The notes: generated by a model from the sequence alone, not told the origin. A stretch of 55,360 nt of DNA from Mycobacterium sp. (GCA_029256565.1 JAQSXQ010000001.1:1-55360); one strand, 5' to 3'; numbered from the stretch's first letter, positions 9,088-21,000 are shown. Numbers and translations are program-made.

Positions 9088-10209
9088 CTAGAAGCCGACC
9101 CGGGCGACGAGCGAGTCCGCGACAGCCTTGCGGGTCTGGAACGAGGAGCGCACGGTCAACCGCGTGTCTCCGGCGGAGGTGACCGAAGACACCAGGACGC
9201 CCATGCGCTGCCAGATCGGGTTGCTGTGGGAGAAGTAGTCGACGTCGCGCGCGCCGTTGCCCGTCTTGGCGGGTTCGGCAAGCACCTTGAGGCACGTCAT
9301 GTCCTTGTCCTCGGTCGCCCAGATGCGAGCGGCGACGGCGACGACGCCGTGGATCGACAGAGCGGTGCCTGCCAGCGAGGATCCGCGGATCTCCTTGCGC
9401 TTCTCGATGGGCAGCATGCCGAACTCGGGCCGGACGTCGACGAGGTGGTCCCAGAAGTCGATGAGGAACGCGACCTGCTCGTCGCGGTCCTCCGCGCTGT
9501 AGGGGATGTCCGACCAGTGGTCCTGCATGGCCTTCGAGAGCGTGTTGAACGCGAAGATCTTCGCGGAGGACGCCGAGACCGAGTTCTTGAGGATCTCCAC
9601 GTTGTGCCGCAGGTGCTTGGAACCACGGACGAGCCTGTTCGCGAGGTCGTCGGTGGTGAACTCGTCCGAGTGTGCCCACTTGGCCGCGGTCTCGTTGACC
9701 TTCTCGCCCTCGGTGTTGAACTTGGCCGCAACGCGCGCGGCCGTCTTGGCGTCCGCGATCCAGATCCGGACCGCGAACCGACGGTCGTAGATGCTCACAG
9801 CGTCGGGGTCCATCGCTGCGAACTTCTGCGCTGCCAACTGCAGAGCCGTGATGCGGGACTGCGAGTCGACTGAGGTGTCGAAGTGACCCTTGTAGAGCAC
9901 GAACGTTCCGTCCTCCAACTCGTAGTCAGTCTCCTGCGGGTCCGGGTCCACGCGGATCGAGAGGTTCCCGATCACCCCGTTGCCGTCGAGAAGTTCCTTC
10001 GCCCAGTTGTTCACCTTCCGCCGCGTTTTCGCCGACATGCGGCTGTTCTCCTGCCAGTCCGGCCGGATGTTCCCCTCGAGGCGGATCAGGTCGTCATCGA
10101 TCCAGTTCAGGATCTCGCGACCCGGGAGGACGGCCTCGTAGTGGATGCCTCCGGCATCGTCCACCTCGCGGACGTCGGGGATGGTGGCCAGCGGTTCGAT
10201 CTTCTTCAC
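9088..10209 (-). CDS. DndB/DGQHR-domain (ParB/Srx-superfamily) protein
   Basis: GNIRP N-terminal motif, SVDSQSRITAL (DGQHR variant), KFNTEGEKVN. GTG start after AAGGAG. Confidence 0.7.
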   Translation of the reverse strand: MKKIEPLATIPDVREVDDAGGIHYEAVLPGREILNWIDDDLIRLEGNIRPDWQENSRMSAKTRRKVNNWAKELLDGNGVIGNLSIRVDPDPQETDYELEDGTFVLYKGHFDTSVDSQSRITALQLAAQKFAAMDPDAVSIYDRRFAVRIWIADAKTAARVAAKFNTEGEKVNETAAKWAHSDEFTTDDLANRLVRGSKHLRHNVEILKNSVSASSAKIFAFNTLSKAMQDHWSDIPYSAEDRDEQVAFLIDFWDHLVDVRPEFGMLPIEKRKEIRGSSLAGTALSIHGVVAVAARIWATEDKDMTCLKVLAEPAKTGNGARDVDYFSHSNPIWQRMGVLVSSVTSAGDTRLTVRSSFQTRKAVADSLVARVGF

Positions 10210-10369
10210 GTGCACTCCTTCAGTACGTTGATACGGGCGCAGTACGTCTGTACGTGCGTCATGCGGATGACTCTATCATGACTCACACGTATGCACGTAG
10301 GCTGCGCGTAGAGACGTTGCCGGAGGGGTTGCACGGGCGAGGTTGTGGAGCTCCTACAGCGAGACCTGC

Positions 10370-10495
10370 TGTACGAGAACTGACCGTTTGTCGTACACCG
10401 CGGCGGCCGGCGCGACACGCCGAGCGAACATGTCGCAGAACTAGTGTCCGAAAACCTCTGGTGTCGCAGAACGCGACCCTGGGTTTTCGCTACCG
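10370..10495. promoter_or_regulatory. Resolvase res site
   Basis: 28-bp imperfect palindrome TGTACGA...TCGTACA (10370-10397) plus TGTCGCAGAAC repeated twice, just upstream of the resolvase gene. Confidence 0.6.
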
Positions 10496-10503
10496 TCACC
10501 GGC

Positions 10504-11094
10504 ATGGCACACACCTACGGGTACGCCCGGGTCTCCACGACCGCGCAGAACCTCGACGCCCAGGTCGACGCGCTCACCGGCGCCGGCGGCGTCGACGGAC
10601 GCGACGTCGTCGTGGAGAAGGCATCGGGCACCCGCGAGGACCGTCCCGAGCTCGGCCGGCTCCTCGCCGGGCTGCGGGAGGGGGACACGCTCGTCGTGAC
10701 GAAGCTCGACCGGCTCGGCCGATCGGCCGCGCACGTCGCGCGCCTGGTGCGCGACCTCGACGAGCGCGGTGTCACGCTCCGGTCGCTGACGGAGACGATC
10801 GACACCTCGAGCGCGACCGGGCGGCTCATGGTGCACGTGCTCGCCGCCGTCGCCCAGATGGAAGCGGACCTCGCGCGAGAGCGAACGCTGGACGGTCTCG
10901 CGGCCGCGCGCGCTCGAGGACGTGTTGGCGGCCGCCCGAGCGTCATGACCCCCGACCGCGTCGCGGCCGCGCGCGTCGCGCTAGCCGGCGGGCAGTCCCG
11001 TGCTGCGGTCGCCCGCGCACTCGGTGTCTCCCGAGACACGCTGTATCGGCACCTCGGCGCCCTGGATGCGGCCGAGGTCGGCGAGACCCGGTGA
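10504..11094 (+). CDS. Serine recombinase (resolvase/invertase)
   Basis: YGYARVST, GDTLVVTKLDRLGRS, GRVGGRP and a C-terminal HTH. Confidence 0.95.
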   Translation: MAHTYGYARVSTTAQNLDAQVDALTGAGGVDGRDVVVEKASGTREDRPELGRLLAGLREGDTLVVTKLDRLGRSAAHVARLVRDLDERGVTLRSLTETIDTSSATGRLMVHVLAAVAQMEADLARERTLDGLAAARARGRVGGRPSVMTPDRVAAARVALAGGQSRAAVARALGVSRDTLYRHLGALDAAEVGETR

Positions 11095-11510
11095 AGCGCG
11101 TCTGTCTGTTCTGCGGCGCCCGGATCAGCGGCTTGAAGCGGAGGGATGCGCTCTACTGCTCGGCGAGGCACAAGCAGGCCGCCTATCGTCGCCGCGCAGC
11201 GGCACTCCCGCCTGAGTTGTGGCGCATGGGTGCCGATGAGTACGCCGAAGTCTCCGAGGACCCCGACATGCTCGACGCTCTCGAAGAACTGCCAACGTCC
11301 GACCGCTCGTTCCCCGTGGTGATCGTCATGTACGAGAGGGCCACACTGTGCGTTCGATGCGGGGAGCTGATCAGCGAAGAGCTGAGCGACCCCGACCCCG
11401 ACCCCGACGACGAGCCGCTGCCCGGAGTCATCCTCCGCCGCTCTGGTGCCGACTACGGGCCGTTCTGCTGGATCGAGTGCCTGGTGGAGTCTGCGCACAC
11501 GGTGAGGTGA
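11091..11510 (+). CDS. Zn-finger hypothetical protein
   Basis: GTGA overlap with the resolvase. CLFC...YCSARHKQAAYRRR and a second CVRC...CWIEC cluster. Confidence 0.55.
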   Translation: MKRVCLFCGARISGLKRRDALYCSARHKQAAYRRRAAALPPELWRMGADEYAEVSEDPDMLDALEELPTSDRSFPVVIVMYERATLCVRCGELISEELSDPDPDPDDEPLPGVILRRSGADYGPFCWIECLVESAHTVR

Positions 11511-11753
11511 GTGCTGTCGTACTTCAAACCGTTCGAGGCCGCGGGAACCTCCTGCGCTACACCCGTGTTGTTACGCCTACAGGCGCACTACCTGGTGTTA
11601 TGCCCTTCGAGTATCCCGGGTTGTCCGACGCGGTGCGCAGAATTGCACCAGAGGTTCGGAGCACCGAGGGTCGCAAAAAACGAGCGACCCCCTGCTACCA
11701 ACAGGAGGCCGCTCCGGACCCGTTACTCGGCAAGAGTTGAAGGGACGCTAGAC

Positions 11754-11933
11754 ATGACGGTACACCGGGCCCCCGCGCCCACCTGGATTTCCGCTCTTAT
11801 CGTCGGCGCGGTCGCCGTGGCCGCGCTGCTCATTACCGGAGAGCCCTCGCAGGCGCTCGTCGTCACCTCGCCCGTGCTCGTCGCGCTCGGATCATCGACG
11901 GGCCGCAAGCCGGAACAGAACTCCCCGAGCTAG
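11754..11933 (+). CDS. Small membrane protein (59 aa)
   Basis: ATG after GAAGGG, hydrophobic stretch WISALIVGAVAVAALLI. Confidence 0.45.
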   Translation: MTVHRAPAPTWISALIVGAVAVAALLITGEPSQALVVTSPVLVALGSSTGRKPEQNSPS

Positions 11934-11942
11934 CCTCGCGTC

Positions 11943-12191
11943 GTGCCGTATCCATCGCGCCCCGTGCTCGAGGTGCTGCCGCAGTTCCGCGGCGACGTGA
12001 AGAATGGGTACAACCTGTTCCAGCGGGACAGGTTCGACCGGTTCGTGGCCGAGCAGTACATGGCCGGCCGATCGCTGCGCGAGGTCGGGGAGCTGACGGG
12101 GCGCACGCAGACGGCGGTGCGGCGGAGCCTGGCCCGCACGGGCACGCCGCGCCGCGGGCGAGGAGCCCAGCCGGTCGGGACGTCGTCGTGA
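11943..12191 (+). CDS. Small HTH DNA-binding protein
   Basis: YMAGRSLREVGELTGRTQTAVRRSL HTH. A degenerate paralog lies at 26.1 kb. Confidence 0.7.
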   Translation: MPYPSRPVLEVLPQFRGDVKNGYNLFQRDRFDRFVAEQYMAGRSLREVGELTGRTQTAVRRSLARTGTPRRGRGAQPVGTSS

Positions 12192-12601
12192 AGTCGTTGT
12201 GGACGCCGACCGAGCTCGCGGCCGAGGTCGGGGTCTCCCGGGCGGCGGTGTACGCGTGGCTGCGCGCGACGCTCCCGCGCCCGGTCGACCGGCGGTGGCT
12301 GCTCGACGAGGACATGGCCGCGCGCGTGCGCGAGCGGTTCACCGCGACGGCGCCGATCCGTGAGCACCAACCGGGGCCGTGCTCGGTCGACGGGTGCGAC
12401 CGGCCCGCCCACGGAAGGGGTCTGTGCAAGATGCACTACGACCGGTGGTACCGGACCGGGAGCACGGACGGCCTCGGTGGCGGCGCGCACCAGCGGGCCA
12501 AGACGCACTGCCCGCACGGGCACGAGTACACGCCGCAGAATACGATCGTCTACCCGTCGGACGGGCGCCGGCGTTGCCGCACGTGCCGCGAGAGCCGGTG
12601 A
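12188..12601 (+). CDS. HTH plus two Zn-finger modules of the kind flanking phage HNH endonucleases
   Basis: N-terminal HTH, CSVDGCDRPAHGRGLCKMHY, KTHCPHGHEY...RRCRTC. No HNH core. Confidence 0.7.
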   Translation: MKSLWTPTELAAEVGVSRAAVYAWLRATLPRPVDRRWLLDEDMAARVRERFTATAPIREHQPGPCSVDGCDRPAHGRGLCKMHYDRWYRTGSTDGLGGGAHQRAKTHCPHGHEYTPQNTIVYPSDGRRRCRTCRESR

Positions 12602-12688
12602 GCGCGGGCACGAGCTGCGCCGTCGCGGCGTGCGTGCACCGTGGGGTCGTTCCACGGTGGTCGCATCCACCCGACGGAAGGAGTACCC

Positions 12689-12910
12689 GTGGCCGTGACG
12701 ATCGAGGTCTACCACCAGGACGAGCAGTGGCACGTGCGACGCCAGGGCGAGCGTGAGCCGCTGTCCAACCACGCGAAGAAGGACGACGCGGTGGCCGCCG
12801 GGCGCGCGGCCGCCGAACGCGAGAGCGCCGAGCTCGTGATCAAGAACCTCGACGGGACGATCGTGCAGAAGGACTCCCACGGGCACGACCCGCGCAACGT
12901 GCCAGGCTGA
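12689..12910 (+). CDS. DUF2188-family protein
   Basis: W.V.R.G......H..K..AV..GR..A......LVI...DG.I....S.G.DP pattern. AAGGAG RBS. Confidence 0.8.
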   Translation: MAVTIEVYHQDEQWHVRRQGEREPLSNHAKKDDAVAAGRAAAERESAELVIKNLDGTIVQKDSHGHDPRNVPG

Positions 12911-12913
12911 ACC

Positions 12914-13020
12914 ATGGCCGGCGCGAGGGCGATGCCGTACGACGTCGCCCTCGCGCGCGCGGTCGAGCAGATCCCCGCACCGGGCGCGCTCGAGGGCGGC
13001 TGACGGCGGCTTCCGGGCGG
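12914..13020 (+). pseudogene. ATP-dependent DNA ligase (LigC-like), N-terminal fragment
   Basis: MPYDVALARAVEQIPAPGALEGG* then, in another frame, DGGFRA. The catalytic-lysine stretch (YEPKW) is missing. Confidence 0.55.
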
Positions 13021-13113
13021 GGTTCTGCCCCTTGAACGGCGTCCCGGTCGCGGCGCCCCTCGCGGTGCCAAGTCGTCGTCCGCTGAGTGGGTGAGGGTGG
13101 GTCCAAGCCGGTG

Positions 13114-14733
13114 TCAGTCGGTGGTGTCGTTGAGGAGGCCGAGTTGTTGGGCGCGGGCGAGGGCGGCGGCACGGCGTGAGACGCCGAGCTTGCGGTAGAT
13201 GCTGCGGATCTGGGTGCGCACGGTGGCGGGTGAGACACCGAAGTGTGTGGCAGCTTGCTCCGCGGTGTTGCCGGCGGCCAAGGCAGTGAGGACTGCCCTC
13301 TCTCTTGGCGACAGGCGCACGACCTCGACTCCTCGGGGGATGTTCACGCGTTGCAGTCGCCGGTTGAGCAGAGGGTTGGGGACGTCGGCGAGCTGAGCGA
13401 GGTGGTTGAGGTCGTCCGGCTCGGCGGCCAGGAACGGTTTGACATGGTTGTCGCTGGTGCGCAGCCTCACGGCCTTGCGGAATGCGGTGGCGGCGTGGTG
13501 CTTGTTGCCGGTGCGCAGGTGGGCCACAGCCATGACCAGGTGCATGCCCATCATGTCCGGCACGGGGATGTGGAGCTGGTGCAGGGCTTGGGCGGTGGCG
13601 CGGATGGCCTCGTGCGGGTGGCCGGCGAGCAGGTGCGCCCAGGCGGCGTGCTGGCGCAGGGACGCGACGTCGGGGTAGGTATCGACGAGCTGTAGCAGCC
13701 GGTTGCCCTCGGCCGCCTTGAGCAGGAGCTTGGCCTCGGAGCGCAGCACGAGCTGGCCGGCCAGGGTGGTGGGGTCGGGTTCGAGCGCGCCGTGGCGTGT
13801 GCGGGCCTTGTCGAGATGGGTGAGGGCGGCGTGCGGGTCGTCGAACAGCGCCGCGTGACTGGAGTGGGCGTAGGCGATGAACGGCCACAGTTCCAGGCTC
13901 TGTGTTGGCGGTCCGATGGCGTCCAGGTGATACCGAGCCTCGTCGGGGTCGGCTTCCTCGATCGCGACCAGTGCACGGGCGATCTTAGCCCCGACGGTCG
14001 TGAGGTGTTCGATCCACTGCGGTCCAGCGGCGCTGTCGTCGAGTGCAGTGAGCCAGGTGCGGGCCAGGTCGAGGTGCCCGCGGTAGGCGGCGACGAGAGC
14101 GAGGTTGGCCAACGCGTTCGCGCCGGCGTGGTGCGCGTGTGGGGGTGGTCCTGCCTCGAGATGAGCCCGGGTGTAGAGCTTCGCGGCGTGGTCGAGCCGC
14201 CCGGCGAGCATCGCGGTGGTTCCGCGCTCGGCTGACAGCCAGCCGGGTTTGGTCGCGACGTGAGCGGGGGTCCAGGGCAGGGTGTGTCCGCTTCCTGTAA
14301 GCACGAGCTGTTTGTCGACCCACGTGCCCAGACGTTCGGACTCCTCGTATGCCCCGCGCAGGCGTGCCGAGACGACGGCGATCGTGCCGGCGGTGATGAG
14401 GTCGCTCGGGCGGGTGAAGGACGTCAGTCGGGTGGCGTAGGAGCGGCCCTGGGCGGCGAACATGTTCAGGATCTTCCTCAGTTCGCTGTCCCGCTCACCG
14501 ATCTCGGCGCGGTGGTGGGCGAGCAACGCCGCGTACAGCAGGCGCGGTCTGTTCTCGAACTCCGTGGCGTCCAGGCCGCGGACCCTTCTCATGATCGGGC
14601 GTGCGAAGCGTCCGGGCAGGTCGTACCAGAGCAGGTCGGACAGGTCCTCGATGTCGTCGAGCGTGCCGGTGGCGATCGTCTCGCGGATCGCCTCATCGCT
14701 CAGTGACGACGTCTCGTCGGGCGGTGGGTTCAC
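13114..14733 (-). CDS. Large LuxR-family regulator (TPR-like helical region plus C-terminal HTH)
   Basis: LSPRERAVLTALAAGNT...GVSPATVRTQIRSIYRKLGV. Start uncertain (14733-14772). Confidence 0.88.
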   Translation of the reverse strand: MNPPPDETSSLSDEAIRETIATGTLDDIEDLSDLLWYDLPGRFARPIMRRVRGLDATEFENRPRLLYAALLAHHRAEIGERDSELRKILNMFAAQGRSYATRLTSFTRPSDLITAGTIAVVSARLRGAYEESERLGTWVDKQLVLTGSGHTLPWTPAHVATKPGWLSAERGTTAMLAGRLDHAAKLYTRAHLEAGPPPHAHHAGANALANLALVAAYRGHLDLARTWLTALDDSAAGPQWIEHLTTVGAKIARALVAIEEADPDEARYHLDAIGPPTQSLELWPFIAYAHSSHAALFDDPHAALTHLDKARTRHGALEPDPTTLAGQLVLRSEAKLLLKAAEGNRLLQLVDTYPDVASLRQHAAWAHLLAGHPHEAIRATAQALHQLHIPVPDMMGMHLVMAVAHLRTGNKHHAATAFRKAVRLRTSDNHVKPFLAAEPDDLNHLAQLADVPNPLLNRRLQRVNIPRGVEVVRLSPRERAVLTALAAGNTAEQAATHFGVSPATVRTQIRSIYRKLGVSRRAAALARAQQLGLLNDTTD

Positions 14734-14819
14734 CTGATCGATCTTCGCCCAGCGACGCGTGTGAGCGCGCACAGGCTCGAGGGTGAATGCCCAGCCATAC
14801 GGGTGAAAAGACTCCCGGA

Positions 14820-14842
14820 TTGATGAAGTTGTTGATGAAGTT
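14820..14842. promoter_or_regulatory. Direct repeat TTGATGAAGTT x2 in the divergent promoter gap
   Basis: 11-bp repeat with a 12-bp period between luxR and the surface-protein gene. Confidence 0.4.
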
Positions 14843-15006
14843 CCATCACTTTCCCGTCACCGATTGCTGCCACCTGGGTCACATGGGGTGTTGACGAGCG
14901 CGCGAGGGGCGTGCGCCACGGAACTGATGGGGAACTCATGCGACCACACTCACGGGGTGCGACAGGCGCTAGCGGCGTCCGTTGGCGCGGGTCTCGTGCC
15001 GGGACG

Positions 15007-18000
15007 ATGACGGCGCGCCACGCCAGGCCGCGACACCGAACGAGCACGTGGAAGCGCGCCGTTGCCGGTGCCGTCGCGCTCGTGACCGCCGGCACCGGTG
15101 TCGCGGCTTCCACGGCGCTTCCGGCTGTGGCGGCGACGGTCTACGAGCTCGAGGGGTCCTGGGCCCAGAGTACGCCGGCCTCGCTCGAGACCGGTGACGC
15201 GGTGTCCGCGACGTGGTGGTTCAACCTCAACGACGACGCGGCGGCCCCCGGCAACGAGCCGGTGGAGAACGTGACGGTGACGGTGACGGGCCAGGGCGCG
15301 GTGTTCGACGCGATCCCGCCGGCGTGCCTCACCGACGGCGTGGACCCGGTGTCGAGCATCTCCGAGGACGGCACGACGCTGGTGTGCAACGTCGGGACCC
15401 AGGACGAGGGCACCGCGTTCTCGCTGACGACCGCGATGCGCGTGACGGCTGTGTCCGGGGAGACCGTGAGCGCGGGCGCGACGATCGCGAACCAGCAGAC
15501 GACGCTGCCCGAGCTGCCCGTACAGAACGGGTTCGTGCAGGACATCCACTGGGTGGAGAGCGTGTCCGGGAGCACGCGGAACGACACCTCTCGCGACTTC
15601 ACGTTCAACTGGACCCTGTTCCACGGCGCGAACAGCCCCGCCGGACCGGACACCGTCACCTACAACCTGACAGTGGCCAACAGCCTGGGCGCGACCACGC
15701 AGCTCGGCCCGAACCTGTGCACGGCGTTCCAGAGCGGCACCGCGAGCGGGCACCCGTGGTCGGGCGGCACGCACGATGCGAGCCGGGTGGCTCCCTTCGT
15801 GGGGTCGTGCACGCTGACGCGCAACAGCTCGACGTCGTACACGCTGACGCTGTCCGGGATCGACTACAGCCACGCGCAGGTGCCGACGACCGACTCGGCC
15901 GGGAACCCGCTGCCGACTGACCGCGTCGCGGTCGCCTCGGGACAGATCCAGCTGCGGCTAGTCACCACGGCGGGCTCGGGCCAGGTCTCGGTGACCTCGA
16001 GCGCGCCGACCTATACCGCGGTGGACGGGCAGACCGTCGGTGACGACCCCGCGAACAACACCTCGGCGAAGAACTGGGTGACGGGGGTCTGGTCGCACGC
16101 GTGGCAACCCCCGTACACGGGTTCGAGCGCGACGGTGTGGTCCGACACCTACCGGGTCGCCCCCGAGTCGGAGCTCGGCTCGGTGGTGCGGGTGATCTAC
16201 CCGAACGTCCAGAACCAGGCCTCCACCCAGGGCGGTCAGTGCCTGGTGCTGGACACTCGGTACGTGGAGTTCACGGGTGCGCTTACCCGGTTCGACAACG
16301 CCCTGACGGGTGAGCCCGCCGGTCTGCCCGTGGCGTACTACACCGGCACTTCAGCGCTGGTGAATCCGGCGAGCGGCTCCTACGACCCGAACGCGTTCAC
16401 GTGTGACGGGACGACGGGGTGGACGACGACGGCTCCAGCCGACCTGTCGACGGTCAAGGCGGTGCGGGCCACGTACACGATGACGGCGGCCCGCTGGCAG
16501 CGCGAGATCGCCCTGCAGGCGACGCAGCGGCTCCTTCCCGGTGCCCAGGTCGGTCAGGACGTGTGGACGTGGGGGTCGTACATCAACCCGTCGTCCGCCA
16601 CGAACGCCTGGGTGAACCCGGCCCGGTCGATGTCACCGGCCGATGCCGGGCTGTCCGCGACCCTGACCCCGGACGCGCGTTACCCGTTCGCGCAGGCCGG
16701 TCGTGACGTCGTGCGGGTTATCGGTGTGACGCCGGACGTGTCGAAGTCGGTGCTGCCGACGTCGGTCGACCCGGGTGGGCGGGCGACGTACACGCTGAGC
16801 TACTCGGCGAACGGGACCGGGGCGGTGGCCCCGACGGTGGACGGGTACCAGCTCGTGGACACGCTGCCGCTCGGTGCGTCCTACGTCGCCGGGTCTGCTT
16901 CGCCGGAGCCGGTGGTCGCGACGAACGGCTCCGGTCAGCAGGTCCTGACGTGGACCCTGGACGGGGTGCCCACGAACGCTCCGCAGTCGCTGTCCTACGA
17001 CGTGGAGTACGCCGACGACGTCGCTGGCGGCGAGCGGCTGGTCAACACCGTCACCGCGTCAGCGGAGGGCGTGCAGTCCGACGCGGCGACCGCGACGGTC
17101 GTGGTCAACGAGTCGGGCCTGACGAAGATCATCAAGACCGCCGACCAGGCGTTCATCCCCAACCTCGCCGGCGACGGCGCCGGCGCCGGCTCGTGGACGG
17201 TGCTGGTGCGCTCGGAGGACCCGCTGGCGCAGGAGTTCGTCGACGTGATCGACATCCTCCCGTACGTGGGCGACGGCCGCGGGACCGCGTTCTCGGGCTC
17301 GTACCAGCTCGACGGACCGGTGACGTCGTCGATCGGGGGGACCGTCTACTACACGACCGCGGACCCGGCGACGCTCACCGACGACCCGGCCGACGCCACG
17401 AACGGCGCGGCGGGCGACGTCGCGGGCAACACCGTGGGGTGGAGCACCACGTACACCGCCGACGCCACCGCGGTGCGCGTCATCACCGGCACGCTCCCGT
17501 CGCGCGGCGAGTTCACCATCGACGTGCCCGTGGTCACCGACGGCATGGTCGGCGGCGACGTGCTCGTCAACCGTTCCCAGGGTCGCGCCGAGAACACGCG
17601 CCTGGTCATGCGGACGTCGGCCTCGACGTCGATTGCGAACTACTACTCGGCGTCGCTGAAGAAGTACGTGCAGGACGCGGACGGCGAGTGGCGCGACGCG
17701 AACGACCCGCTCGACTACCCGCAGTTCCGTGTCGGAGACACGGTCCGGTACCGGATCGTCGTGGAGAACACGGGCCAGGGGACGCTGACGAACGTCGCGG
17801 TCTCCGACGACCTGCAGCCCGAGCTCGGGTCGTTCACGATCGAGTCCCTCGCCCCGGGAGCGACCGAGAGCCACGAGTTCGAGATCGTGCTCACCGAGCC
17901 CGTCGCGGACTCGGTCGTGAACACGGCGTGCGCGGACGCGGACGTGCCTGCGGACTCGGGCGTCGAGCCCACGATCAACTGCGACCCCGCTGGGTTCACG

Positions 18001-21000
18001 GTGGTCGGCACGCCGACGCACACCAAGGAAATCGTCTCCGCCACCCCGGTCGGCGACGGTCAGTGGGAGGTCGTGTACGAGGTCGTCGTGTCGAACACGC
18101 AGACCCCCTCGACGACATACTCCCTGACGGACGCGCTCCACTTCACCGACCAGGCGACGATCGTCTCCGCGACGGTGACGCAGGCGCCCGACGGCGTCGT
18201 CCTCGCCGACCCGGCGTGGGACGGCCAGGAGAACCTGACGATCGCGTCCGACGTGCCGCTGGCCGGGAACGACGACGAGGGCTACGCCCCGCACGTCTAC
18301 CGCGTCACCGTCCTGGCTGATGTGCCGCTGCAGCTCGACGGTGCCGGTCCGGGCACGGACGCCCCGACGGCGTGCCCGGCCGAGGGGTCGGACGCGAACC
18401 AGGGGTTCAACAACACCTCGCAGCTGACCGGCCCCGAGGGCGAGATCGAGGAGGACCAGGCGTGCGCGCCGATCCCGTCGATCGACATCACCAAGACGGT
18501 CTCCGCGGGCCCGACGCCGAACGGTGACGGGACGTGGACGGTGACGTACGACGTCGTCGCGACGAACTCCGGCGCCGCGGACGGCACCTACGAGGTGACG
18601 GACCGGATGACGGCCGACGGTGACCTCGAGGTCCGCTCGGGCTCCGTCGTCACCGCCCCGGACGGCGTGACCCCGAACGGGTCGTGGACGGGCCTGGGCG
18701 CCGAGGGCGCACCGGAGAACGTCATCGCCTCCGGCGTCGTCCTGCCTGCGGGCGGGACGCACACCTACCAGGTGGACGTCGTCCTGGGGCTCGTCCCCGG
18801 GACCGAGGGCGCGCCCGTCATCACCGACTGCGCCGCGGTCGGTGAGGGGGGCCCGGGCGGGCTGTCGAACGCGGCCGGGGTCGAGCACAATGACCTGACC
18901 GACTCCGCCGAGGCGTGCGTCACGGTGGGTGTGGTGACCGTCGACAAGTCGATCTCCGCGGGTCCGACCCCGAACGGTGACGGCACCTGGACGATCGTCT
19001 ACGACCTCGTCGCCGAGAACGTCGGCGCCGCGGCCGCGGACTACGACCTGAGCGACCGTCTGCACTACGCCGAGGGCATCGAGATCCTCGACACCGCGGT
19101 CGTCACGTCGCCCGCCGACGTGGAGACCAACGCGAGCTGGACCGGTCTCGGGGACGAGGGAACGGCGGAGAACGTCGTGGCCTCGGGCGTCGAGCTGGCT
19201 GCGGGCGGGTCGCACACCTACCAGGTCGAGGTCACGGTCCAGCTGGACGAGGCCACGATCGACCCGGCGAACCTGCAGTGCCCGCCCCCGGGCTCGGGTG
19301 AGAACGGCGGCCTGGCAAACTCCACCAGCCTGACCAGCAACGGGATCGTGGCCGAGGACGACGTGTGCGCTTCGCTGCCACTGATCGGGATCGCCAAGTC
19401 GATCTCGGACGGCCCGACCGGCAACGGCGACGGGACCTGGACGATCACGTACGACCTGGTCGCGACTAACACGGGCCAGGCCGCGGGCGACTACGACCTG
19501 GTCGACGAACTCCTGTACGGCGAGGGCATCGTCGTCGAGTCGGCGGCGGTCGCCACGGCACCGGAGGGTGTGGAGCCCAACGCTGGCTGGACGGGTCGGG
19601 GCGAGTCGGGTGCGGAAGAGAACGTGGTCGCCACGGGCGTGACGCTCGAGGCGGGCGGCACCCACACCTACCAGGTGCAGGTCGTCGTCTCGCTCGACGC
19701 CGCGAGCGTCACCCCGGACACGCTCGCATGCCCGGAGCCTGGATCCGGCGAGAGCGGCGGTCTGGCGAACTCGACCGAGCTGACGCACAACGGCGAGACG
19801 CAGGGCGACGACGTGTGCGCGACCTTGCCGCTCATCGACGTGACCAAGACGGTCTCCGAGGGCCCGACGCCGAACGGTGACGGGACGTGGACGGTGACGT
19901 ACGACGTCGTCGCGACGAACTCCGGTCAGGCGGACGGCACCTACGACGTCACGGACCGGATGACGGCCGACGGCGACATCACGGTCGTCTCCGGTGCGGT
20001 CGTCTCGGCGCCGGAGGGCGTGACCCCGTCCACGACGTGGACCGGGCTCGGCGCCGAGGGCGCTCCCGAGAACGTCATTGCCACGGACGTGAACCTGCCG
20101 GCGGGCGAGTCCCACACGTACCAGGTGCAGGTGGTCATCTCGTTGGCCGAGGGCAGCGAGGGCGCTCCGGCGGTCTCGGACTGCGCGGCTCCCGGGACCG
20201 GGGAGGACGGTGGCCTGTCGAACTCCGCCGGGATCGACCACAACGGGATCCCCGGCTCGGACGAGGCGTGCGTGACGATCTCGGCTATCACGGTCGACAA
20301 GACCATCTCCTCAGGCCCGACACCGAACGGTGACGGGACCTGGACGATCGTCTACGACATCGTCGCCGAGAACGTCGGTGGCGCGTCGGGCGAGTACGAC
20401 GTCTTCGACCGTCTGCACTACGGGCAGGGCATCGAGATCCTCGACGCCGCGGTCACCACGGCCCCCGACGGGGTCGAGACGAACGCGGAGTGGACCGGTC
20501 TGGGCGCGGAGAACTCCTCGCCGGAGAACCTCGTGGCGTCCGGTGTCGAGCTCGCCGCGGGCGCGTCGCACACCTACCAGGTCGAGGTCACGGTCCAGCT
20601 GGACGAGGCGACGATCGACCCGGTGGTGCTGCAGTGCCCGCCGCCCGGCTCGGGTGAGAACGGCGGCCTGGCGAACTCCACGGGCCTGGACCACAACGGG
20701 ATCCTCGTCGAGGACGAGGTGTGCGCGTCGCTGCCGCTGATCGACTTCGCGAAGTCGATCTCGGCGGGTCCGACGGGCAACGGTGACGGGACGTGGACCA
20801 TCACCTACGACCTCGTCGCGAGCAACGCCGGCCAGGCCGCGGGTGACTACGACCTGGTGGACCAGCTGCTCTACGGCGAGGGGATCGTCGTCGAATCCGC
20901 GACGGTCTCCACCGCGCCGGAGGGTGTGGAGCCCAACGCGGGCTGGACCGGCCGGGGCGGGACGGGCTCGGAAGAGAACGTGGTCGCCGCGGGCGTCACG

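Noticed and set aside
9088-10209. Complete Dnd phosphorothioation or Dpd system
   Set aside because: No partner genes are present in the window.
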